A stretch of 64,000 nt of DNA, taken from positions 101,442,346 to 101,506,345 of the forward strand of contig NC_068983.1 in the NCBI RefSeq assembly GCF_001194135.2. The letters run 5' to 3'. The position numbers and the translations under genes were made by a program. Shown here piece after piece: positions 24,604-63,640 of the stretch (positions within the stretch are counted from its first letter, which is position 1; each line of letters starts with the position of its first letter). This DNA is from Octopus bimaculoides. Lineage: Eukaryota. The notes below the pieces were generated by a model. That model was given only the letters and a program-made list of their open reading frames with translations, did no database searches and was not told the DNA's origin.

Positions 24604-27600
24604 AACAGCAAAGGATGGGTGTGTCAGAGCCAATAATAACAGCAGCCAATCTGATAGATTGACTGATCTAAAATCAAATTATAATCAACTGACAAGTTGT
24701 GAAGAGTTTCAGTTGCTAAGGTGTCTACACCTGATATAAAGCGCTCTGGTTCTGAATACTGTCTGACTCTGCTACATTGAAGAAAACATTCGACCTTTCT
24801 AAGCTTGATACGCCAAACGGAAATTAGATACCAACACAAATATGTGCTTTATGATAACAGATTCAATCATACTTTGCAATTAACAAGTGCTTTATTTATC
24901 CATAATATTCACTTCATATTTTGCTCTGATTAATTCAATCCCCTGGCATATATATGAAACTGGGAATAGTAGAACTACAGCTTAAATAATTTATAACTAT
25001 TGGAATAGAATTCAAATATACTACTGTCATATATTTTATGATTATTTATTGTGTACCACTTGCTTGCCATCCATGTATTTATTATCTTCAGTATCACTAG
25101 AAAGGGATACTTAAACTTTACATACCATGCACAATGTCAACTTGAGGTTGTTGTTACCATTGCTGAACCTCAGGTCAACCTTGATTCTGCATACCTATGA
25201 TCAAAGAAGTTCAAGTCATGACCATCTTATCTTTACATATATCAGGAACTATATTGTTTAATGTATCAACTTTTTTGTCATTTAAGATACTGTGGTTTGA
25301 TTTAAGGGCAATTCAGCTGCTATTGATAATAGGTGAGCAATTATATAGAGGTTCTGTTTTGGATCATGTTCATGAATATCTTCTTAGTTGTTTGTCAGAT
25401 GAAGCAAGACAATGTTTGTCATGGTCTTAGGTGTTTCTAGAGTGTCAGACACAGGAAATACAATGGCAGGAAGAGAACTCAAGTTATTGAGAAGCAGAGT
25501 TGGAGTTTTTATTGTGGAGATTAGGCATAAGATGTCTGGATCCGACAAATTGTAAAGCATGTGCATCAAATAGTTAGATATAGCTGATAATGTTAGAAAT
25601 TTCACTAGAAAAATCAGTGTGCTAATTGGAGACAATATGATGGAAATACACTTTCATAATATATTAGTTGTTGGGGAGTGTTTCTTAATATGGCTTTCCT
25701 TTTCAAGCTTGAACATTTTCATCCATGTAGTGTATACACCATCTCACTTCTGCAAACAGCATTCTGATATTTATTTGTACTACACGGTAGTCTAGACTGA
25801 AGAAGTCAGTATAGTTTTATACAGTTTATGATGATTGTTTAGAATTTTCAGGGATGATCATCAGAGTACATTAGGTCTAATATCTGCAGAGGATTTCAAC
25901 CATGTACTGTTCAGCAGTAGAAGGGGTCAATCTATTGTCATTGTATTGTGTTGTTGGATGTAACTAAATTGCTTAGTTCCTTATGCAGAATATTTTCAAA
26001 GTCCTCATTAATAGAGAATGTGAGGCCTAATGTATTGAAATTGTATATAGATTATCCATATACAACTTCAGTACATAAAAGTGGGCTTTGATGTAATGAA
26101 GCAAGAAAGTCAATATGTTCAAAAGATGAGACCTGAAAGAATGTAATGGAATTAGCTCGTATCCAGATTCTCAGACTAAACATAACTGCAGTCTTTGTTG
26201 ATGTTAAAAGTAGCAACTTTGCTTGAAACTATGTCATGGAAGAAAAACACTGATGTGTGACAAAGTTTTTTTGTCTCCTATAGATTTACATATCAGATTA
26301 CATACAAGTGGTTTGGGTCCAGGTTGTAGGTCTCTGCATTTAAAAATAAGTTCAATGATAAAAAGAATTTTTATCATTTTTGTAAGAACACATACCAAAT
26401 CAGAAGACAATGTCAAAGATATCATTAGGCATGGTTACTGTGTGGCTTTATTTTCTTCCAAATAATATCCATTCTCATGTCAGTAGATATAATTATTTTA
26501 TTGTCTCTCAGAAATGATATACTGGAGTGTTTACTGTTACAATTTTAGGGGAAAGAAAGGTAAAAGAAATGTAAATGAAATGAAATTAAATCAAAACTGA
26601 ATTATGCACTCAGTTCACCAGGAACTTACCATTTATACTATGATGTTCACCTTTTTAATGTTTAGTGAACAAAATACTTATCAAACTTGGTAGATGTTAA
26701 TGGTTATTCCTGGTTGAACTTGTAATTGTTTAGCCCAGGTCAGTCCTAATTGAACATACCTAGGGTCGAAAGGCATTCCAGCCATGACCATCTTGTCTTT
26801 TTATTCAATCACAATATATAGTATTATGTCTTAAGTGTCATACTCTTCAAAATGGTACAACGTGAAATAAACTGAGAAACCATGCATAAGTTCTTCTACT
26901 CCCTTAGTATGTTTGTTGAAAATGGAATGAGATCCAAAATATGCTGCAAATGTGATATTTTTACAGAAAAGTTACTTTCATAAAGTTGTCTATGTTCAGA
27001 TAATATGGATAACATAAATATGAATTCTTGTTTTTGTTTAATCAGCCCTTTTACAAACCTCTCAGGACATTGTATCCTTCAGAAATTCCATGTTTCTCAA
27101 AATTCATTAATACTATTCCTGATGTACCCTATGCACCTTGTCTTCTATATGGTTCTTTTTACTATTCACTTTTCTGTCTTTTTGTGGTTTAAATTCAGGA
27201 AATTATGCTTGCACTTCTGGCTTTCTTCACTTGATTTATTGTTGATTTCTGTCCCCTTTTTTCCTCTCTTCAATAAGCTGTAGTACACCTGAGCATTATG
27301 TACAATAACCTTATTATTATTGTTGTTGTTGTTTAAGGTGGTATGCTGGCAGAATCATTGGCATACCGAGCAAAATGCTTAGTGATATTACATCTGTCTT
27401 CATGTTCTTAGATCATATTCAGCCAAAGTCGACTTTGCCTTTCATCTCTTTGGGGTCAATGGAATAAGTACCAATTAAGTACTGGGCCCAATGCAATCCT
27501 AGCCCCCTCCCCCCAAATTTCAGGCCTTATACTTATAGTAGAAAGGATTATTATTATTGCTGTTGCTGTTAATGATGATGATGATAATTAGTAAAATCAT

Positions 27601-28462
27601 GACAATACCTCTGACACTGTGGTTACAAAAGGAGCTGTAGATTGAATGTACCATAAGTGTTTACAGCAGTGACACAAAAGGTAAGTCACATTATAGTTGA
27701 CTTACTTACTTGAAGTGTTCCTTGTGAAACAGAATACAAGCTACTACATGCTCACTAGACCTGATAGAAATAGTGAATCATACATCAACATGACCACCAC
27801 CACCATCTTAAAAAAAAATAGTGGAAAGACACATTGAATAAAGTAGACCTAGATAATCAACATTTTTTCCCCTTGTTGACTCTGGGGGTCAGGATAGTGG
27901 TCGTGATCTTTTCAGGCTCTTTGAGACAGGTAAACTTCATGTTATTAATGTTCTGTTGAAATTGTTGCAAATCAACCTGCGAAAAAGACATGAGCAAGGA
28001 GGAGATTCCAAAAGAATGATGTTCTAGGGATGAAGAACTAGGAACAGTGCTTAGGGCTAGGCCTGAGGTGGTAGATAGAATGAGTGACACGAGGTAGAGA
28101 TATTGGTGGATCAAAAGTGCCTGGATTGAAGAGATACAAAATCAACCAACTCTGGGGAACAGAGAGGATGGTCACTGTCCATTTTGACCAGGGCCAACCT
28201 GGAGATAAACAACGACAACAGCAACAACTTCATTGTATTTTTTTATCTTTATTTAAAGATGAAGGTAGGAGTCCATTGCCTATGTAAGTAGCAACATCTG
28301 AAGAGAATGGATATTGAATGCTCAACTGAATTAGTAATTGAGGAAAACAGATTGAACAAAATGTAGATAAGGTTTTAAAATGTAGATACAACAGGGAGGT
28401 GAGGGATGAAGAGATGAGTGTAATTGGAGACAATCACTAAGAGAGGACACTAGGCAAAAATA

Positions 28463-28899
28463 CAGGGTGTCCACAAAGTCTGGGTACATGGAGTAAATAA
28501 AATGATAGCATAAACAATTGAATATAAGAAATAATAATTTCTTAAAGTATGTGTTAATCCCCATGTGGGTACATGGAGTAAATAAAATCATAGCATAAAC
28601 AATTAAATATAAGAAATAATAATTTCTTAACCCTTTAGCATTTAAACTGGCCATATCCGGCCAAAAGTATTCTGCCTGTTTTATGTTCAAACTGGCCAGA
28701 TCTGGTCTCTCACACCAACCCTACAATATTGTTTTAAAAATTCACAGCTACCTCATCGAAATCTCATAGCTACAAGATAATGCATGATTAGTTCAAAACA
28801 ACGTGGATGAAAAAGCAGTAATTTTGGCAGAATAATGCGAACACTAAAGGGTTAAAGTATGTGTTAATCCCCATGTACCTAGACTTTGTGGACACCCTG
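28463..28899. mobile_element. Tc1/mariner MITE with an internal tandem duplication and a nested piggyBac MITE
   Basis: TIRs CAGGGTGTCCACAAAGTCTGGGTACATG / CATGTACCTAGACTTTGTGGACACCCTG, TA on both sides. Confidence 0.9.
28631..28851. mobile_element. piggyBac-type MITE
   Basis: TTAA TSD on both sides; termini CCCTTTAGCA / CACTAAAGGG. Confidence 0.9.
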
Positions 28900-30364
28900 T
28901 AGATCAGATAAAGGATTGTAAATGTAGATTTACTTATCAAACAAATCACTTAAATATTTCAGTATATTGGTGAATGAGAATAGTGCACCATTATTATAAT
29001 CTATAAGCTGTAGACTTTTACGGTATAAGTGTTGTGTGTTGCAACAAACTTCTGTCTTTGGTATTAGCATGTTTTTGATTATTTCAACACAAAACTAACT
29101 TGTTAGTTATAAACTATTGATCCTGAGATTTATTAAAAGAATAGTTGGGACAAAATATCTATGGGTGCCTGCTAAACAAGAACTTAATAGTACTAATTCT
29201 GGTTGGGAAATCAGAGGAGTCAATCCCCAATTTTAATTAAATTTTGTATTGTCTCCCCCATTTTAAACTTGAATTATTCATTTGGGAAATTATTGTTCTC
29301 GCTACTTAGGTTGTGATTTTAATCAATATGCTAGCACTCACGTTGCTGCTAAGATTTATTAGATTCCTTAATTTCTTGACATTTTCAGCACAGAATTTCC
29401 ACTGGATATTATTTCTTTAAGAACCTTTCATAAATCAGTATTGCTTAGGGACATCTTCATCAGAAAACATGAATAGTTCAGTGCTAAGATATTCAGTATG
29501 GTAAGTAAAAAACATTTAATTAATTTAAATTACACTAATGGTGAGGAGAGTGAAAACAATATTCAACTAATGATTAATTCTAGTGAAGAATGACAAGGGA
29601 GACAAATATGACGGTTAAATTGATTCTCGTTTTTGCGTAAAGGGATACACATATTATTGATCAGTGAATGCAAATTTTAGCTTAAACAACTATGTTGGTT
29701 CTACATTTTCCCAGTTACAGTTGTTTGTTTGGGGGTACAACTGTTTAATACTAACAGTTAAAAGTAGTAAGATGATAAAGAGCATAGAAAGCCTGCCTCC
29801 AAGCCAAAATTGATCTTTGACACTGATAGAAGTCAGTTTTGGAAGCAAAGCACATGATAAGACTGAATTCAAAAATTAGATTCAAAGCAAATGTTTGCAG
29901 GGGTTTGTCCATAGAGAAATTATGTCACAAAATTTAATTAGTAGAAAAATTGGTTAAATTATAAATGTCGCTTTTAGTACAGAAATTGACCATAAAATGA
30001 AAGAATACAGAGAATTAGAAAGTAGGTACAGGTTATACACAATATACCAATAGTACTTCTCATTTCCTTTAGTACTGCTGGATTAATGAAGTAAGAACCA
30101 ATATGGTAAACTTACAAATCTCCTTTTCAGTGGAGACCATCTCAGCAAATATTCAATTTATGCATCAACTATGCCAAGCTCCCCTAACTTTGATACGCTG
30201 CAAAAGTCATGGAAACTTTTCCACCAAAATGATTCTGTGTTTCGTTAAGAATAAATAATTTATTGATTATTTTAATATAAATTAAGCTTATACAAATTCA
30301 CTATTCTGATTTATAATGTGATACTCTAAGTATTTCATGGTTGTATGTTTATTGGGACATATTT

Positions 30365-30490
30365 AGGCACAGGTATGACTGTGTTAAGAAGTTTGCTTCT
30401 CAACCACATGGTTCCAGGTTCAGTCTCACTGCATGACATCCTGGACAAGTGTTTTCTACTATTACTCTAGGCTGACCAAAACTTTGTGAA
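30365..30490 (+). mobile_element. CORE-like SINE 5' part, truncated next to the RTE LINE
   Basis: tRNA-like head followed by CCTGGACAAGTGTTTTCTAC. Confidence 0.65.
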
Positions 30491-31460
30491 CAGTCAGTCT
30501 TATATTCCTCTATCATGATCTGGGGAACAATAATAAGCAAGAGTGGGGCTAAGAACAGTCTTGATGGACACCAACCTCGACAATTCTCAGTTGCTGACAG
30601 CATCTCTGAATATCTCACCCAAGCTAATTTTCTGCCTAAATAGTTGTGCTGTAACTCTTTATGGTACTTTCATAACTTAGCTCCTCAGTTTGATACCTCT
30701 ATAGTTGCTTCTTTATAGAGTATCTGCTTTGTCTTTGTCCTTGCAGCTGTTGATAATGATATTATTACACTAGTGATTGGGAATAACCTATTCCTGTATA
30801 ACTTAATTGTCCACATGAATGTCTAGCATGTGTCCTTCTTCACCAAGTTTTTCAGTATCTTATCAGTTAGCCCTGACCATCCAGCTGCTTTCCCAGCCAT
30901 ATCTTTAATGGCTATTTCAACCATACAGCTGACAATTCCAGTTGCTGGTCCCTCTGTCTTCAATGAATTCTTCTCAGTTAGCAACCTCTCTTTGTAGCAT
31001 TTTAATTACTTTCTTCCAGCATCAGTAAGGCAGAGTATACTACTATTATTCCTCCCCTCGCTGATGTCCTGACTCATATTAGCACATTGCTTTGTGATCC
31101 ATTATGCTTTATGCCTCTGGTTCTCATGGTACAGAACATTGTTAATCTTCTTGTTTTCTATTTCTCTTCTTGTTCAATATACCTAACACCTAACTTTTCT
31201 TCTAGAAACATGATATTGTTCTTTGCTCTTCTATTCTTTCCAGGACTGTCTTTCAGCTCTTATTGCTCTATCTACAGCATGTAAAATTTCTCTAATTGAC
31301 TCCTTCTTGGCAAAGTTTGTGAATATAAATTTGGCAATAAATTATACCCACTAAAGCGATACCTATTTACAGCTAGGTGATAAGTTGGTACCCTTCTTTT
31401 TGGTCAACATAAAATGTATTTCAGACATCAACTCCAAAACCTTAAACAATTCCAGTTAAG
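30490..31460 (-). mobile_element. Degenerate RTE (BovB-like) LINE ORF fragment, end of endonuclease to mid RT
   Basis: Minus-strand pieces KAAGWSG, SNYRGIKL and FLAPLLLIIVPQIMIEEYK match RTE RT motifs (KAAGPSG, NYRGIKL, LSPLLFIIV); many stops. Confidence 0.75.
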
Positions 31461-31788
31461 GTGACACAGCAGAGGTGGGAACAATGGAGGGATGGGGTTT
31501 GAGAATTCAATCTGGAGTGAGAAAGACATAGTGATGTCAATGAATGGGTTGGGAGTAGCTGTAACATCACCGATTAAAGGGACAGTCATTTAAGAACTGT
31601 TGCTGATTAGAACCAAGACAGCTGTGATCCAGCAGATTTATGATTATGTTCTAGCCATGGCCATCCAATCTTTTTTGTATGTCAGGGACTACATATTGTC
31701 CAACATATCCTTTTTTTATTTAAGATGGCAAAATGTAATTTCAGAGAATTTGACTACTATTTCTAGCAGGTTCGGTGACTATGTAGAC

Positions 31789-32087
31789 CAGGGGTTTTCA
31801 ATCATTTTTTACCTAAGGACCCCTTTGATTAGTATTTTATTCTGTTGGACCCCCATAGCCATTTGATGTTTAACTAGCGTTTTATAGAAACTATTTAAAA
31901 AATTCTCATTTTGTTTTTCACTCGTTAACTTGTGTAGGTTGAACTATATAAAATGTTAGAGAAAAAACCCTAACTATTTCTTGCAATATATACATCTAAT
32001 GCAAAATTTTTTCAGGGGCCCTTAAAATTTACTATTTGGTTGCATGGACCCCAAAAATTTTATATGGACACCGGTTGAGAACCACTG
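31789..32087. mobile_element. hAT-type MITE
   Basis: TIRs CAGGGGTTTTCAATC / GGTTGAGAACCACTG; decayed 8-bp TSD ATGTAGAC / TTATAGAT. Confidence 0.7.
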
Positions 32088-34344
32088 TTATAGATTATAG
32101 CATAGAAGCTCTCTTGTTACTTATTTAAACACAATGGTGATGGAATGTGTTATTATAAGATGGTAAAAGGAGATATAACATGAAAGTCATTATAACAGAT
32201 GTTTGCCCAAGTTTTGATTACTTAGTGTATCACTTTATTTCATGTATAATCATTCTTAGAAAGATACAGACATTATAGTTTCCTATGACCATGTCTCTTA
32301 CAAATGTCACAGTTCATTTATACAGAAGAAACTATTATTATTATTATGCTATTGTGAAATATTAAGTTATGAATGAACCAAATTCCACTGAGTGATTAGA
32401 CATTTTACTTGCCTTATTCAAGATATATTTTGAACAACTCTGAAGTTATATGCTTACTAAAGTATATTTATGATTTCAATACAACTCTCATGACTTTTAG
32501 AAGTCTATATATTTGATGTCTTATGCATAAATAAGAGAGAAATCATTATATCTGAAGTAAAATAGCAGAATTAATTCCACTGAGTCGATATCAGATTCTG
32601 ACCCCAAGCAAAAAATACCCTACCTGTTGCGTAAAGTTATCAGGCTGTATCATCATTATTATTTATTAAAGTATCATCTTGATTTCAATTTTTGTTTGCA
32701 GTCATTTCATTTCAGTTACACTTTTTATGCTCTTGAGAAATGTATGAAGAGTTCAGTATCCCATTTATTCTCTTATGTGAATCTGATGCCTTTATTAAAT
32801 AAGGTTAATGAAAGTTTCAAACTAGATGTTATATGATTACTAATTTAGTTTGTGTCTCATTTTTCTGAATTCTAAATCTATTAAGATGGATTTTACTTTC
32901 ATCCTCCTTAATCTCCCTGATTTAATAAAATAATAATATTTTGGGAATAAACTCTGTAACATTTAATCACAACAAAAGAAAATTCGCTTTGTGTCTAAAG
33001 AACACAACAAATAATTTGAAAACAACAGAAACTTAAAGTCTCAATTTCCTTTCCTTTTAAAGTCGAGGTATTTCACAAAGAAATTATTAAAGCTTCATCG
33101 TCAATAAAGACAATATGTATAAAGAATAAGGCAAAGGACTACTAATCCCATTGTTTGAATTTCACACTTTACCATATTGTTCTATGACTCTGGACAAGGT
33201 ACATAACTCTGCTTACCTTTGTCTGGTAGGAAACTAAATTTCATTTCTATTTAACAATTTACCTGGGTTCCTATCTCTGCAAAACAGACCACAACAAGTA
33301 ACAAAAACAGCAATCTACACATAACATGTTGCCCTATCCACACAAACTTACTATCTATATAATAAAACAAAAATACTAAAAATTAAAGACCACCTGGATC
33401 ACCTGCTGCAGCAAGGTTTGACTCTGACAGTTCCTGTAACTACATGAAAAACTATTTCCAAATATCATATGTATAAACAACATCCAAAAGCACTATTAAA
33501 ATATCCTAAAAACACTATTCCCCCACTCAGCCCTGACAAGCGTAAGAAACATACAAAAATAGTTGCAAGATCAGTCCATCAACAGCAACTCTCATGTTCC
33601 GAGTCCAACTTTGCCCACCTTAGCTGTAGCCACTATTGGATTCTATGTGTATATTACAAGAGACTTGCTTGAGTGTGCAGAATAGTGCTCCATTTAGAAG
33701 GATTGTTCTACCAACTACTTGTAATAGGGTTGCTTGATCAAAGTTGATTTGGAATTAAGCAACACAATAATTACTAACCAATGAGGGAGCTTCTGGGAAG
33801 AGCAGCCAAATTTCCCTTAAATCACAATCCATTGTCTTAAAGAGGGAGCACATTAGATAACGTACACGAAGATCACTGCTAAAGAGACATGGGTGTATCT
33901 AGGGGTATAGCTTAGCTTAGCATAAATTCATGATCAAAGTCTGCTCAATGAAGACTAACCTGGGTCTACCCAACAACAATAATTAAATAGTTATCAGTAG
34001 ATAACCTAACTGTAAAAAAAAAAAATTTTTTACTTGAACAATGCACAAACATCCTAATTTTGAAAAAAGATCTTTTTTGTACTTGTATGGAGAAATGTTA
34101 TAAAGCAGTTAATATAAATGTAAAGTAGCAAGCCTGTTGCACATATGTAATAAAGTAAAATAAAGGCCACTAGTTTGGCCTAAAAATAAGAAGCAATTGC
34201 TCAAAGCAAATAAGAACATGACTAATCTCTTTATACCACACATGTCTCAGAGTAAATGGTCATATGTAGCAATACTGATGTGGGTAAATATTTAGTTTGA
34301 TGGCCAAATACACTAGTCATAATACTTAAAAATAGAATCATAGT

Positions 34345-34930
34345 CAGTTATATGCCTGCTTTTCCATGCTGGTATACATTTGTCAGGTGTTTAATTAAAC
34401 ACGCTGTGTCTCTACTTGACATCTGCTCTGTGAGGCCCAGCTTCTTGGGATCAGCTCTTACCATTATTTCTTTGGTCTTCCTCTTTTGTAGGTTCTTTTC
34501 AGTTACATCATTTTTGACAATTTTTTCAATCAATTGTCATTCTTCATATCTACCATGTGTTCCTACTGAGGCAGTCTTCTCTCATGATATCTCTAAAACC
34601 CAGTTTTTCTCTCAGTTAAATTGTTCTGTTGTTTATGCTTGTTGACATTATACATTCAGTAGGACATTGTCAACTCATTTCTCTTCAGCCTTCTCTTATC
34701 TTCCATATTCAGTGCTTATGTCTCACACCTGTGCATTACGACACTTCATACACAAGCATCATACAGTCTACCCTACATTTAGTAAGGAAAACTTGGGGTT
34801 ACAGTGGTATGACTAGGGCAATCTATGTATAAGCTAAAGTGAGCAAGAGAGAAGACTGCACTGGTATAGACAGATGATACATATGAAGATTTACAGTTGG
34901 GTGAATAAATGTCAAATGGTGCAAATGGAT
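34345..34930. mobile_element. Two oppositely oriented RTE LINE 3'-end fragments
   Basis: Minus 34350-34700 encodes an ERRL..., KRKTKE...DPKKLGLTEQM-like C-terminus and ends CCAGCATGGAAAAGCAGGCATATAA. Plus 34780-34930 encodes an ENLGLQW...ERRLHWY-like fragment. Confidence 0.65.
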
Positions 34931-36764
34931 ATTCCCTTTCTGTTTGAGAAAATTCAACCACTTGTGATTGAGTTTCCCTCTCACGGTCTCCTAGAAATCC
35001 AGTCTTCACATGTGTAAGGTGACAAGTTCTTGGAGAATTTCACCAAGAGTTTAAAACTCGTCAGATACCCACAACTTGGCTTAGGCAACCTATCAATGCT
35101 GTTGACCAGGAGGTAACAAACTACTTCATACTACAGATGAGAGTTGAATGCCAAGTGGGACCTGATGGTAAATGAGCTGAAAAGGAATAGGTAAGACCCC
35201 TGCCAAAGGTACTATCCTTCCCTGACACCCCATACATCTTACCACTAGTACAAAAAGCCAAAGAGAAAAGAGTGAGGCTGGTTGTCTGATATAACCCAAA
35301 GCCAAGACTAAAACTTCTTAAAACCACTGACAAAACAGCAGACCTTTTCATGTGGTGGTTTAAATAACACGGACACCTGTGACAATGAAACACTGTCATT
35401 GCTATACTTTCCTTACTCATGAGAGCACATAGAAGTTTTAGCATAGGCAAGAGTAGTCACAATTCTCCAGCTGCCCACATGGTGGTGTCTTGTTGTTGTT
35501 CTTTATATGCTGTCAGTATCTTGAAGGTAAATTCTTGGCCATGTTCACAAACAAAGAACAAAGAGAAACTCTTTGTTTCAACTCCTTGAACTTTTTCCAT
35601 TCTTTCAAAACTCTAGCTAATATGCATTCACAACACTACTTACACTGTTGAGTAGGCCACCTGGGGTAAAAGAAGCATTAACTTAGATGCTCTTACTACT
35701 AACAGTGGTGGAGGCATAATTGAATCTTATGGGATACTTTAGTTGAAAAAATGTGGATCAGAGAGATATATCAGCACAGGCTGTCTGATAGGAAACTTCA
35801 AATCCAAAATATGAAAAACTGGGGGAGCCCCCCAAGTTAGAACTTAGCTAGGAGCTAGTTAATCCCATAACATCGGTTGATGTAAATTTACATGCACTGT
35901 GTACTCGCTTTGAATCATATGACGAAAATATACGCAGCCCTGTCTGCTGTGGTTTTGTACCTGTTTGTGTACTGGTTGATATAAATATCTGCTATCACTC
36001 ACGGAATCGAAAGTAGAGGTCACCGTGAAAATTTCAAGGAATCTGATAAGCTTGTTAGACTCTTCATGTAAATATTACCAACTCAGTTCGCGACTTCATC
36101 ACCATAATAGTATAAAAGCAGCAGTTTTGGCAGTTACTCCACTATTTCCACTATAACTTCCTATCAAATTTACACATGTTCATCAAACTCTTCTGGTCCT
36201 TCATGGAATTTACAGTCACATAGAGCCACACCAGTGATGACAGTTTACATAAATAAACAGTGCATGCTTTAAAGTGGTTGACATAAATATATGCCAAACT
36301 GTTGTCATGTGCTAATTGCTGATCTCGGCTGAGATGATTACCATTATGCAACCTAGTTACCTGATAAAACCGTTGTCATGGGGTTAAAGGTATTGTTGAT
36401 GTCAAGAGCAACAGCATTACTTTTGCCAAATTTCTTAAGGGCAACAGACTACTTGTATGTAATATAGGAATGGAAGTCTCCAGTAGATCTAGCTCTGCAA
36501 AAACCATATTTAGGATAGATATCTTTAAGGAGATTTAAATTGAAGAAATAGTGGGGTTAGGAGCTTGGTCTGCAGATAATGACAAGACCTTGTTCACTTT
36601 AAATAAGCGAATGGGATACTTGAAAAACACAAAAGAAAATCTTCCAAGCTGATGTTGACAATTCGAAGAATTCAAATTACTTATAATTATTTGACAGAAA
36701 AGTAACTAGAACTGCAGTCTATATTTCATTGCTCTCCCTTGAACAAATTACTGCTCATCATTAA

Positions 36765-36974
36765 TTCTTCAACATTTAAACCAGCTATAATGTTTTTCCT
36801 ATTTTATGTTCAAACTGGCCAGATCCAGCCTCTCATGCCTACCCTACAATGTTAGTCTAAAAATATACAATCACATCATCAAAATCTCAAAGTTATAAGA
36901 TAATGCAAGATAAATTTGAAAAAATGTGAATAAATGAGTGTTACATTTGATAGAATAATCTGAATGCTAAAAGG
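36765..36974. mobile_element. piggyBac-type MITE (decayed)
   Basis: TTAA-flanked; ends GAATGCTAAAAGG; body homologous to 28631-28851. Confidence 0.75.
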
Positions 36975-37647
36975 TTAAAAATTATACATAACTGATAAAA
37001 GATAAATTGACTAGAATAACAACAAATATTAAAAAAGATGTATTAAATGACAGCTTTAATATAATTTAAAAATCAACTTGCAGAAAAAGTAATTTTGGCT
37101 GATTTATGATCTTCATCTATAAGATTATCAATTTCTTATTCTAAACCAACAAACAAACAAAAAAAAAACTTGTGTTTTCTCTCTGCAATGAAATATCCAA
37201 ACATCTTATGATTAGAGCGAAGATATTCAAATACTGAAACTAGTTGCTTTTGAAAGCCACCTATTAAGATAGGATGAGCTAGTAACTGAAACAAAGTTAA
37301 AGAACAATATTTAAACATTCTTAACTAATGACTTATAATAAAGGTTGAAAATTTAAAGATATAATATGAAGCATTGCTTTTACCAAGTCTTAACTAAGAC
37401 ATTTTCTAACTAAAACAAGGAAATATATACAATGTCTTCAGAAATTGTCAAGAAATGTTTGGATAATGCAGGAAGTATTGCATGAGGAAACCATATGGAA
37501 AACCAAATTGAAGCAGTGCTGGCTGTTATATCACAGTCAAGATGTTTATGAAGATAAAATCTAAAAAGGAAATTTCTTTCAAACATCAATCTTCAAAGTT
37601 AGCTTGCACAAAATAATGATCTTTCATCTAATTCAAAAGTTCAACGG

Positions 37648-37653
37648 TTTATT
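37648..37653 (-). promoter_or_regulatory. Candidate OPA1 polyadenylation signal (AATAAA)
   Basis: First AATAAA I found on the minus strand, about 285 nt past the stop; no transcript evidence. Confidence 0.3.
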
Positions 37654-37937
37654 TATACATTTCCATCATTTGCTTAGAAATTTGCTTAAATTACATTACA
37701 ATAATTTTGTCATTAAGACAAAAAGTATGTTCAATGAACATTTCAAGATATGTTCACATTAGGGTACATAGCCAAAGGCCTAGAAAACACAAGTGGTAAA
37801 GTGTCCACTTGACAGGCACCATATACACTGAGCAGTTGCATCTATGTATAGAAACAATCCTTAACAGTGCAACACTCACAATGAGACCAAAAAAGCAAAT
37901 AGACACAGCAACTTGCTATAACTAAAGTGAGTTAACA

Positions 37938-62684
<24,747 letters not shown>

Positions 62685-63434
62685 CTAAAATCAAAAGGTG
62701 TATTGGAGATATCAGAAATAATATACTTGTAATATTGGAATCAAATTTCTAGCTAGTAAAATAAGAAATATCTTTGAAAGTTTATAGAACCATTTGATAT
62801 TTTATTGATAATTCAAATTTTTATTTAACCTGAGAAAATTATGCATTTCAAAATTCCTCACTCAATTTTCTAAATTATGTCTTGAATACCAACAAAATAT
62901 AATATTTAGCCTCAGAACACTTGGTCAACACACCTCACTGAAATGTTGTGAGAGAGTATCTTTCTAAGAAAGTTGAACAGAAAGCAAAATGGTATAACTT
63001 TAATATGACCTTTGTAACTATAAGCCTGAACAATATGAAGGGAAAAAAAAGAGAATGGTGATATTTGATCAAAATTGCAACATTCTTGAATTGTATTAGC
63101 TCAGTCAACAGAACTTAATAATATGCAACTGGAGATAAACAAGGAATATCTCCAGTCAATAAAAGAGCCTCTACATGAGAATCTCACCCTGTTGATACAA
63201 CACCAATTTTTTCTTTTAACTAATATCAGAAATATATTCTAAATCTCAATCAAGTATCACATTAAACAGCACATCAGCTTATTACTAACAGAAATTAATT
63301 AAATAATAATAGACTTTGAACAAGTATTACTTGTTCACCTAAAAGGTTGGAAATCACCTTCATAAATAGTTTGCAATGTTACAATTCCAGTTTCAACCCC
63401 GTACCAAAATTAAGGAATATAAAGTTAATAATAG

Positions 63435-63640
63435 GAGGCATGTGAATTAGTGGTTAGGGCGTTGCACTCATAATCTTAACACTATGGTTTCAATTCTTGG
63501 TCTGGGAAATGTGTTGTGTTCTTGCACAAAAGACTTCATTTCACATTGCTCCAATCTACTCAGCTGACAAAAATGAGTATTCCAACAACAAACCAGTGTC
63601 CTGTTCTGTCCAGGAAGGAATATATATATATATACACACC
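63435..63640 (+). mobile_element. tRNA-headed SINE fragment
   Basis: GGAGGCATGTGAATTAGTGGTTAGGGCG...GGTTTCAATTC head plus CTACTCAGCTGACAAAAATGAGT domain. Confidence 0.65.

Noticed and set aside
24600-26500. Possible very old LINE (DPDILCL and AVFVDVK-like motifs)
   Set aside because: The motifs are short, on opposite strands and not collinear; too weak to call.
27850-28290. Short purine-rich ORFs suggesting another gene
   Set aside because: Interrupted by stops in all frames; no splice-bounded, homologous peptide recognised.
35830-36400. CpG-richer, coding-looking block downstream of OPA1
   Set aside because: No recognisable motif or open splice-bounded frame; probably a decayed repeat.
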